Positions 36,408 through 48,400 of a stretch of 64,000 bases of DNA are shown here, piece after piece (position 1 is the stretch's first letter; each line of letters begins with the position of its first letter). The notes beneath the pieces are model-generated. The model saw only the letters and a list, made by a program, of their open reading frames with translations, searched no databases and had not been told where the DNA came from. Made by a program: the position numbers and the translations under genes. This stretch comes from Phoronis australis (Eukaryota > Animalia > Phoronida), in assembly GCA_002633005.1 (NCBI GenBank), contig NMRA01000595.1, positions 194,225 through 258,224 on the forward strand, in the 5' to 3' direction.

Positions 36408-39400
36408 ATGTTTGCAGAATTGGACGACGGGTTCCCCTCGCTTTCCCTAGAAGACGAGGACGAACCAGTGCGTGTGAAGGAGTTTAAAAAACAATTTAGG
36501 TTTAAGAACGAGCATCCTATCTTCGTCGGTCGACGGCAAGAGAGGGAGACTTTGAAACAACGACTTAAGTTGGCGTCCAGCGTTGTCTCCATCTGCGGCC
36601 CTCCTTTAGTTGGAAAGTCGAGACTTGCTAAACAGGTTTGTTCTGTTTAATGGAAAGTAAAAATGGTTTTAGTAGTCTCAGGTCCTTTTTGCTTATCTCT
36701 GCGTGAATTAGGTGCGCAAGGCTGACGGACGAGGCGTGTTGGATCCAGTAAAACTTCCCGTTTTAAAATAATTCATCATTTTTTGGCCAAATACGATTAG
36801 AAAACGGATAATTGCCGCACAAATAAAGAAGTTCATGTTAACTCAACGTTTCGTCTTATTCAGCAAGACATCATCACGATATGTACAGTATCTCTCACTC
36901 TCATTTCACCACATGGGTGTGACTTTGAAAGAATATATCGACACTTGTCCTACAGTACATATCCTGATGATGTCTTGTTGAATAAGACGAAACGTTGAGT
37001 TAACATGAACGTCTTTATTTTTGCGGCAATTGTCCATTTTCTAAAATAATTAAAAAACTTAAGGGAGCTCCCGGCTTCCACGTAGTGGGTGAAGGCGAGA
37101 AAACAATGGGAGTAATTCAAAACCAAGATAAAGGGGATACTTAGGCAACCGAGAAGATGGTTACCCGGGACTCTTCAAGTGACTAGAATCCTTAGCCAAA
37201 ATAATACTATTGAACTTGTGGATACGAGTTATCCATCGGGTACTCGATCAGCAGAATTGGAGATTGTACCAATTTGGTTCAACGGAACCTACAGTTCATA
37301 TATTATTTGATTGAGATCAGGTTGTACAAGCTGGCTTGCCTCTGGATGTCGCTTTAGGTTCCAGCATGGTCTCGTAGAATAATGGACTTCTGTTCTTTGC
37401 AAACCCCGACGGAAATCACTTCTCACCTTTGTAAGGAATGCGTGGAGGTCAGTATAGCGGTTAGACTTCGAAATCTGAAATTCGCTTTGACGCCGGGATC
37501 GTGGATTTGTAACGGTTTATTTAAAGATTTCCATGTTTAAGCATAGGTTTAAGGAAATGTACTTTTGGAGAAATTTCAAGTTTTCACCTACTTCCTGTTG
37601 GTGTTAATCATTCAATGGACTTTTATTTAACATTTCCGCCTCCCGTTCAGTAATGCTAGGACCTCGCTAAAACGCAAGACTTCGCGAGATTACGTGAGAT
37701 ACTGCCGTGCATTTTAAATGAGAGCACGTGACTTTGACTAGGTTTTAGCTAGGTCCTAGCGTAGGTACTAGCGTCATGCAGGCAGGAAGTTCCGGCTTTA
37801 GTGATACCCGTCGAGCTCTCCACGCTCTTTGTCTCGCATCTATGCTCTATTAGCATTGGTCGTCTGCTCAACTAATTTGACGAGTCTGCCCTAGGTCTAA
37901 CCGATTGCAATAAAATGCTTTTTTTCGCATGTGAGATTGCAGTTCATGCTCGAGCTACTGACTCCAGCAAAAACCATGTAAACCATAATCACGCTTGTCT
38001 TGGGTTTGCGTAAAAGTAGAACAGAAAATGGCTAAAATAATTTGTAATTTAATTTAGATTGCACTAATTAGACTGCGGATCCACGTTCTCTATTTGTCGA
38101 GCAAGGATGAGGTCAATCCGCGTATTTAAACCATCTGATTATAAAAAATCATGCTTGTACAACCTTGAGAGGCGTCATAGTCCTGATGATCAACACGGAT
38201 GTGATCATTGTGCCCTTTGCTCACTATGTCCCTCGAGCTGAACGTTTTGTTATGGTTTACAGTAGAGATAAGAGTATGTTTTCGTGTTTCATATGGGTTA
38301 TGCAAAAAGTATCGACGTCATCTTGGAAATCATTGAGTAGCATTTCGAATCTAATAAAGGTTATCCGAAATGAGACGGCATGCAATTCAATGAGTATTAT
38401 CTCGGAAAATTGCAGAAAATAAGGTAACTAAGAGACTATTTGAAATGCTGAATTACGCTTGCAAATCATGTCGTAGCTTGGTATGGGAATATTAACAAAA
38501 TGGCCTCGTTTTCGAGTTATTCTCGAGACTGATAATGGAGAGGATTTATTCGAGGCAAGCCACGCTTTGCATATTTGATTGGGGCTTCCATGTCAAAACG
38601 TTCATAGCTGTGGATTCCCACTGTGTCTCGCCATGCGGCGGTAACTGTCTAGTCCTCCAACTTCAAACTGAAACTCAGTAGTTGCGTAGAACGCTGACCC
38701 TGTGTGAAATGATGTTTTTTAAGATATGGCGCTGTTTATGGATTAAATGAATTGACACTGCATCGATTCTAGCGCTAAACAACAAAATCTCCGCAGAGTA
38801 AATTCTCTTCGACGTTTTACTAAACTTAGATTGACATCGGAAAACTGTTTTATTGCGTTTTATTCCACTCAGACGCGGAGAACAGTGAATCTTGAAAGCA
38901 TTACGGCGAGATTCTTGATACAAGGGTGCCTTTAAATTTTCTAAATGTGCAAAAAGTGATAATTCCGTATCCTCCACAGATATTTCTGGAACTGCTTCAG
39001 GAGAGTCTAGACCTGAATGTCTCGCTTCGGACGTTTTATATGAACTTGGAGGACGACAATCAAGCACTTTCCGAGTACGCGTCGAAATCGTCGATTCTCC
39101 TGCAACGAATTATACGGAGCACATCAACAGGGTTGTCGGAATATGGCGGGAGAGAGTGTACTGTTGATGACGTAATTGTGCACATCAACCAAATGTGCAA
39201 ACCAAATGGAGTTAAGACGTACTGCCTACTCCTCGTCGATAACTGCGACGGTCTTTTGGAGAGCACCGAAAGTCGAAAGGAGTTTGTGAACGTGTGTGTG
39301 TTGCTTGCCAAAAACTGCAAATATGTAAGGATCGTGACGACGTCACGGTTTCGGATAAATTTGGCGCGGAGACTTGGCGAAAAGCACTACTGTAAGCCTG

Positions 39401-42400
39401 TATCTACACTCTGTGTCGAGTCTGCTGTGGATCTTCTGAGAGCCGTTGCGCCTAACGTCGACTTCGGAGTGTCGTATGCAGAGGAACTTGTCACGCACTG
39501 CTGTTCTCTCCCTAGTGTCGTCCGCTTAGTGGGTCAGATGCTTGAGGAACGCAAGCAGCTGTTCACTCCCGCCGAGGCTTGCGACCTGTTTAAAAGCAAA
39601 TCGCTCTTAGAGTTCCTTGATGCACAGGTTTTCGTCGATGACGAGGACATGCACGAAAAGATCGTGACGTCGTTCAAAATCGTTTCTGAACACCTCCAGG
39701 AATTCTGGGCGGCGCTGAGTTTTGTGTCCGGGAACTTTTCCGCCAATGTTGCCCGCGCGATTTTGAATAGTGAATCTATTGCTGAAGTTAAAGAAGGAGC
39801 GTTAATACCTCTTGTGGATCGCAGTCTTCTGGAATATTCCGAAGACACTAAGACTTTCTTCATGTATCCTTTCTTGCGAACAATCGCTTCGGAAGTGATG
39901 ACTGAGATTGCCAACAGTGACCCTGTCAGGGAAGGGTTCGTTCATTACTTTGGCAAATGCCTTCTGGAGATCAACAAACAATGTTTAACACGGAGCTACA
40001 CCGCGGTCTCGTCTGAGCATGCGCACGAAATGGACAACGTGCGCCAACTGTTAACCGAAGCTGTGAACTGCACGGAGGCTGTCTATCCCATTTACTACAA
40101 GGTAATTTATCATAAATTTGCACATACCGCGCATGCTTTATGCAAAAGTGTCTCAATACCGCTTCTTACAGACATGCTGCGCATGCTCAAAAATAGTGAA
40201 AGCTTTCTCCCCAAACACAGTGGTGTCCAGCGAACACAAAACAAATGTTTTCATGTTCATTAAAACGCTCTAGAAACCATTGCAATATCAAAGAACAACA
40301 CTTTGTGCACAATATTAGGAAAGGGTGAACACGATGTACTTTTTAGCAATGATGCTACTGTAGGAAGATATTGATAATTGTTTTTTCTTGAATTTTACTT
40401 ATTACACTTGATTACCATTCTGTCCAACGTGGCTCACTCGTCGTCTGCTGTAATTAAAATTCTGTCGTCATATGACGCATAAAACGGAGCCACGACCGAA
40501 CACTGCAAATGTTCACGTAAATTCAATCAAAAGACTTTCAAATAATTTCGTAAGATTTGGAAGCGCTACATGTATATTATGTACACTCAAAGTGTGCAAC
40601 TAGTGACATCAATAGAATGATATTTCAAATGTGGAACATCTCGTAAATTTACGTGAATGTTTATTGAGCATGTGCTAGCAAGTATAATGTACGACATTCA
40701 GATATATTTGAAAAATATAATCTGAATTTAATTACCTATGGACAAGTGTCTTATAGGTCAGGACAAGTAAGTTTCACTTCTACTTGTTTAAGTGGACAAG
40801 TTGAAAAAGGTTAAGGTCGAGCTCTGGGCCGTTCATTACCTTCTGTTTTCGAATGTCCGCAAAATGAAGTTAAGTGTCTCAAATTGTTTAAAAATGTTCA
40901 TTGAAGTGAATTATAGAGAAAGTATTTGAAAAGCATTTCTACTGTTGAACATTAAAGCGGCTATGAACCCGCGTTCCGTGGCAAAAGCGAATTTTTGATT
41001 TAAGCCACCCCTGGCCAGTGAAAATAATCTCATTTTGCTTCTTACTGAGGTGCTCGTTATTGGTCTGAGATCATGTTGAGCGTGTAAATATGACTCGTTT
41101 TAGCAACCCAACTTGTTGAGGCTTGAGTGCTTCTGTAGACCTACAGGGGTTTCTCGCGAGAAAAGCGTGGTCTTGCAAACCTTCACAAAATCACGCGAGT
41201 GAAAAGCAAGTGTTTCGCAAAAACTTACTAGAATGTTTTATCGATATTACAGCCATTGAAGTGATTGGGCGGCGAAGGGGGAGCGTTGAATTGGGATTGA
41301 ATGAGTGTTTCCGTTCCGTAAGAACAGATTTTTCGCCGCAAGTGCAAGAAAATGTTTTGCTATCTACTGAGAACAACCCTATTCTCAGGCAGTCACCACC
41401 TATCTGTTCATTCGGTGCTCCAAATTCACATCCAATTTCTTTAAGGGGTATTCTGAGACCAATTTCATGTCGCATTCTGTAAGTGAAAATAATACAAGGT
41501 AGCTTTTGTGAATGCAAATGAATTTATTGACTTCCATGTTGACTAATATCACATTCGTGTTCTTCCTTGGCATGTCGCCAATTCAAGCATGCCATTTAAT
41601 ACACTGTCCTAATTATCGTGCAGATGTTGAACTAAGAGTCTGGTCGCTTAATTTCCATCGTTTGGGATTTTCCAAACAGGTTACTGAAATGCCATTTAGA
41701 TTTCTTTGTTTAAATCGGTACACGTCAAATTCACGAGCTCAGCGTTTTGTCACGAGGAGTGTTGTTATTTGAACAATCTAATAATTTTGCTTCACAATCA
41801 TAGACGTCTTTATTTGCCGTAAACTTTTCGAATGACTCATCAGTTCTGTGGGTATTTAAAGTGGTTCATTTGCTGATTTTACAGCCACCAAAGGACGACT
41901 GAAATGTGTTTTAATTTTTGATCTGTGAAAACTTGGTATTTCGTAGCTGTTTTGATGTCAATTTTGAATTTTAACCCGAATCACCTTTGTGTTTAAGAAC
42001 ATTACCACTCTCATCCGATCTTGAATTGTTACCAAATGATAATGAAACCCAATTCACATTCAATTATGCACTATTTTCGAATTCGCTATTCTAGGGTTGA
42101 CCAACCCAATGAACCCTGAAGCGTTTCCTTTCGTATGTTGTGGTTCCGATGCGCTTTTTGTAACAGAAATAAAACGCTATAACGGTAAGAAACGTAATAA
42201 CACCGATTTGATTTGAGGACTAGTTTGATTTTTCGTTATTTAGCCAGCTCAACCGTGCAAATGTAGCTTTTAAGTTTAACTTACTGGTGATAGATTTGAG
42301 CCCAATAAACTTCGATGCAATGCACTTGGTAATTTTGGCATTCCTGGATATGAATAAAATTATTTGTTGTAAAAGAATCAATACGACTTGTATTACCATA

Positions 42401-45400
42401 CATTGTTTTTTTAATTTTTTTTAAAACAACTGACTAAGAGTGGAGGTCACTGTACAAGGATTTTACTGTTTTATGGCGTAATTTGGAGTGATATCGTTGA
42501 CGTGTAACCGTTGTGACCACTTCTGCGAAAACTTTTATATAAAGACGATGATCGAAACATTTACAATTGTACGTGCGCTATTATCGTTAATGTTACTTGT
42601 TATTATTACTGTTATTAATATTATTGTCATTTTCGTTGCCGTTTGTTATTTGTTGTTTTATATTATTATTAGTACTGTTATTGCTTTTGTCACTACTGCC
42701 GTAACTAGTGGTATTCCAATTAGTTTCAAAGTAATTGTTACTATTTGCGTATTTAGATGACTTTAACTGACTTCGCTAAAAAACCCAGTGTTAATTTTGT
42801 GCGTTTTAAGTATTGGTCTGTCTCAATATAGATACGTATTCCCTGTGTAAACACTCAGTCTTAAACCCACATCGGGAGTGTTTGTTCTAAAAATCAATAT
42901 GTGCGTAGTTCACCGTTCTTGTTTTCTATGAATTTCGAAATAGTACTTCCACTTTCGTTTTCAATTCGCGGTACCACATGATGCAATAACCACACGTTTG
43001 CCTCTGCTGACAACAACAGAATTATTGCCAAGATTTGTCATGTGATGTCTGTTTGTACTCGTGACATCGTATTTAGGTCAGCCATTCCTAGCGTTTAGTC
43101 TGTTGTGCAAATCAATACGTGTACTAATGACAGGGGAATTCCAGACGTAGCAAGTTGTAATTATTAGTGTCATGACTTTTCAAATTATTTTTCGGCTAGG
43201 TGCAACGTCGTAGTTGTTTTCAATTGATTGGTTGTCAAAGCCTTTGCTTGAATTAGCGTCAGTGGACTTTTGTTTTGTTTTTTTATTTTTTGTAACCACA
43301 TCAATAGAAAGGTTACTCGTACGTTGGTGAACTTTGCACATGATTCGTTGTTCAACTTATTATGACAAACTTGGCTTTACATGACGCCTTCTATCGGTAA
43401 ATCGTGGTACTAGAAGGCACTCTATTCATGATTTTACATTTTTCTCATCTCACAGTCCCAATAATTGAGTTTTTTTATTCCAGTCGTGAAACACCATTTC
43501 ATTTCATCCTTTGGTTTTAGCAGTACATGTACGTAATAAGCATGGTTTCGTGTAATTTTATCACGAAGCACGTTTTTGTTCAAAATCATAAGATTGTGCT
43601 CTGCCCCTCAGGTTGGTAAGGAAGCCTTCCACTATCTGTCTTTAGTGGCACCCTACGAAAGTATCAAGTTTTACAATGCATGCCGGGAGTCTGCCAAGAA
43701 GTTTGGTACTCGTGAAGAAGAGAGTCAAATGTTAACCAACTATGGCGATCTAAGTTTAGAACACACAAGTAAATATATTTTCTTCAGTTGTATTGTACAC
43801 TAATTGTTGAATTCTGTGTGTGAGTGGTATCCCAGGATTCCAAGAAGTAGTAATCACCTTTATATTATCTCCCCTGGTGACCCACGCGTTAGATACAAGT
43901 ACAAGACTTATGACCCGGCAGTTTCTGTTGCCCCTGCTTCATTTTTTCTCTGCCTGGAGACGGGAAATGACCAGGCCAAGCCTGCTGTTTATTAGTTATT
44001 TTTTGTAACCTAACATCTCTTGGTCATTTGTTTTTTATTATTCTTTCACGAATATTCCGAGGCAGAATTTGAGAGAGTGTGCGTTGACATACAACCACAA
44101 ATTGTGCCAAAAACCTAACGGCATTGGGATCAACGCCTAACGTTTTCTCCTGTTCCCTTTTTCAGGGGCACGTGCAGACGAATGCCAGCAGGTATTTAAC
44201 GAAGCCGGAAGTCTACTTGAGAATTACCCGGATAGTGACGTCAGGAGCAGTCTTCTTGTGAAAGAAAGTTGGCTCTATTATCGAACAGGAGACTATCAAA
44301 AAGCTGTTGAGTACGAGCTTTTCATTACTCCATCTTTGTAAACTAGTTGTAGAGTGTAATTTTTCAGTCCTTCAGTTATAGTTTTAGTTGTTTCCTCCAA
44401 GTTCAGGTAAACCTCTTTTCCCAGATGCTGCAGAAGAGCCTTAGACATAGAGACACGTTGTGGTCGCAGCTACAGCCGTCTTGTAACGCAGATTAATTCT
44501 ATAGCTGGAATCTGCTTGAACATGCAAGGTAAATTTATTTGTATAAGTTGGGTGACATCTGCAAAGGATCCTGCATATCAAGTGACCTTTTGACCCATAG
44601 ACCATAACTTGTGGGTGCGCATCCTGCCACGTAATGTTCGATATTTTTTGTTTCATCAGCTAGGGAGCCCCCATTTTTGACAATTCATTGCATTTTCTAA
44701 TGACAGTAATATTTTTGAAGACACCCATTCTGTTCTTCTCACCGGTTTATAACACATAAGTTTCGCCAACCGAAATTCGTAAATCACACCTTGTTATGTC
44801 TTTGCGTTTTCTACGAACAAGTTCCTACATGTACATGTAGATGCGAGGCTCAGTGTTATTCATCTTGTAAGGTCATTTTACCTGTGAAGCAATGATTATT
44901 AGACATCTATAAATATTAGATTCCATTTATTTTGAAAAAAATGAACTCGTGTTAAAAGTGCATTATATGTCTTTTTACTTTATTGTTTTGCCTGGTATTT
45001 CCTTTCGTGAGATAATATGTATGCTTACCGAGGTTGGACTTTTAACAGTCATCGGATGTTTTAAGATATACCCCTGTAGCATTCACATGATATTTTGTTT
45101 ATTTTTAAGAAGTCTTCATACTCTGTACTGTAACCAACGCTCTTAAATTTACACCTGTATTGAACATGTTTTGTCAGGCAAATTCGTGGAAGCGGAGCGA
45201 CATCTTAAGGAAGCTCTTGAAATGAGGAAGCAGATGAACCCACTTCATCCTAGTGTCGCGGTAGCGCTCAATAATCTCGGAGGGCTATACACGAAATGTA
45301 AGATTTGGCGTTCACTTATTTGTACTTAGCTATGAAGTTTCTGGTAATATTTTGCTTACAAATCTCATAACTGAGCATCAAGATTATGGGTGATTCCAAA

Positions 45401-48400
45401 AAATAAGTCTTAAAAATTTTGTTTAATCCTACAGTTATCCATTTATGGCTTTACGTTTGAAAGGGAAACTTCAGTCCATGGAAGTTCTGCGTTCACAAAA
45501 TTTATCACGCGAGTCAGTTTGAATAGATTTTTTTTTCTTTCCAAAATAATTGGAATGTAGAATATCATGCAGATTTTTGTAGGTTTGGGTGTTTAGGGTC
45601 ACCCGCAAGTTAGAATGTCTATGGGGGTAACGCGCTCCTTTTACGGACAATCGGTGCCACCTTCATCCTTAGGTAATCTTATTTCTTGGCTTTTGAAGAA
45701 CTGTGTGGTCGTTATGGGCTCAGACAAGGCTCGTGACATTTGTTTGTCACGGCGGGTTAGTGTCTGGTGCAGAAGCAGTGTAACCGTCAGGTGAATTCGT
45801 GAGGACCTGTTGTAACCTCCTTTGTTCAAACAAAGGGTACAGACGTGGCGACGTTGCTTTGCAAGAGTAGAACGCCAGAACGTGCTTTGATGTCTCAATT
45901 ATTGCACCAGCTTTGGCTATTGTCGATGTCAAAGGGAGTTATTTTATGCATTCATTCCCTGAGTGTTCCATCGAAACAGGAACCCCGTGAAGACAGACAT
46001 AGCAAAGTCGAAAACAGACTCCTGCACCTGTAAAACAGGTAACCAGCCCGAAAAAACACGAACGCCTGGAATCGGACACGACACCCAGGGACTGAAATAC
46101 CACTCCCTCTCGTTCTTTCATACGTTGATGAAAAGTGAATCTTCTTACTTTAAATAGTTGTTGTGATACATTGTTTTACTATGTGAGAATTTTTAGACAA
46201 CTTATAGTGACGGACTGGCGTTCTATGTTATTCTGCTGCTAAAATTGTGGAACACTCTTTCGCGTGAGGTTTCCTGTTTCAACTCACAGTTTGCTGCACA
46301 GAAAATTCGAAAAATTTTCCGCGTTTCCTGTCCGATCCCTGGGGTTTCTGGTTTAAAGGTCAGAGCTCGTGTGTTTTTGAGCTGGTGAGCTGTTTTGAAG
46401 GTGCGGAAGTCTGCTTTTGACTCCAGAATACAAGTTTCGATGGAACACCCTGGTTGCACTGTGTCTGAGGGAGTCGCACTTTACTGAATGTCCACTTGTA
46501 AATATATAATGGACGAGTCTATTCTCTGTTTAGGGGGTAAGTGTAAGAAAGGACTGGATTATTCTAAGGCTTCACTTCTCATTCGGCGACAGCACCACAA
46601 GGAGCCTCACAATGACGTGGCGAGGGCCCTTGTTAGCGTGGCCTATCAGGTTCTGCGCCATCACGGATCTAGCGGAGCGGGTAAGAGTTCGTAGCCACTT
46701 CGTTTTTGTGACTTATATTTAGTGTTGGCTGTCATGCAAGGCTCGCCTTCCAATGGCTTTTATAATATGCTGTGACGTAAAACTCAGACAACGCGACGAA
46801 GGTTCCTGAAGTACAATAACATGCATTTTTAAAGTAATTTAATTGATGAGTAAAGTCTATATCAGAAATCACATCATTGTTACTCTTTCACATTTTTGTA
46901 AAAAATCCTTTTTCCAATGTTAATTCCTATTGGCTAACGCGTGTCTGACGTCACTGAGGCTGTACCGTGGGTAATAAGATAACTGAAGCTTATTATGTAC
47001 ATGTATATAGCTCATCGGGTGAATGCCTCTCGGCTACAGAACTGAGTTTAATGTGTATAACTCGTCTGAGATCTCGGCTCTCAAAAGTTCATAATACAAG
47101 TTTACTGCCGTGTAGTGTTGACTATTAGTGGAACGATGCTGTTCTCGGCACGGGTCAGGAAAGGGCCTCCGACTGTGGAGCCTTGCCTTGGTGCAAGCTG
47201 CCTTGGTGACCATTTTATATACTACAATGCCTCTAGAGACCAATGACGAATGTATTCTACAAAATTCATTTTAAAATGCGGAAACATGTAGGTCAGTCCT
47301 CTTTATTTCACCTTGCCAATTACCGTTTTTCTGAGCCCGCCCCTGTGTTCATTCGTATTTACATCACATGCTCCTGGCTAAGTTGACCTTTTTGCGGATA
47401 GCATAAGACCTCATATACACCCAGGATTATGGTTCCCAGGAAACACGGCCAGCAGATGGAGATAGCACGCCGTTTGCAGACATCAGTTAATTCTAGTGAT
47501 ACTTTCTGCAGTCAAAATGGGATGCGCTGTATCAAGTTTGCTATCGGTAAAAAGGTCAATGGTTAATTGATAGCACTAGACGCCTTGTCGAATTACAAGC
47601 TGGGTAGACAGGGTGGAACACCGAGGGTAAATTGGTCCATCGCCAGAAAATGGAAGAACGTACTGTTACATTCTTTAAGGCTAATTTAATTCTCTTCTTT
47701 CTGTGTTTTAGCAGTGACAACAGTAGTTAACATTCACGTTAAACGGAGTTTCTAGGGAACTTAGAAGTCGGACACATTTGAAATTCTGGCAATGTTGAAG
47801 AAAAATAATGGAATGTCTGTTGAACTCTCGAAACTTATAAAATACTGTAAACTGTTTATGTTAGGCCCAACGCTCACGTCCAAAGTACATTGTGTGCGTA
47901 GTCGTCCGCTTTACCTTGGACATGTAGATGCGGAGGTTTAGACTCGGCGTATGTCGTTTTTCATTTTGATAACTTTTCATTTCAATAGTTTTGTATACGT
48001 CATCGCTTACCGTTTTGTATTGGACCAAGACAAGTTCAACTTACAATGTGCCTGATACCGGCGTATAGGGAATGTGTTAGCACGTGACCCTGTTCTGTTT
48101 CCAGATGAAGCGCTGGGTTATCTGGAAGAGGCGTTGAATCTCAGGAAGAAGTTGTGTTACAATCACCAAAACACGGCTTACGTGCTGTATTACATGGCGG
48201 ACTCGTACGCGTACAAGTACGTATATTTTATCCAACATTCGCTTTACCTCGTGCCAAAAACGCACCCTGTATTGCTCCACAGAAACGGAAACAGGACCAT
48301 TGACTTTTTCAGCTGTGCAAACCAGATACCTGTACATTCTAGACTAGATACATGTATGGTCGGATTTCCTTCCTGTTCCAGGATCTGGTGCCAGCAAATG

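Noticed and set aside
37062-37120. HDV-ribozyme-like cttccacgtag motif
   Set aside because: No P1 5' strand or consistent P2 pairing was found
40952-42273. Possible TTAA-flanked element in intron 2 of the STAND-TPR gene
   Set aside because: The ends are not convincingly inverted repeats
42488-42760. Hydrophobic 90-aa ORF
   Set aside because: Product of degenerate (TTA/TTG)n low-complexity intron sequence
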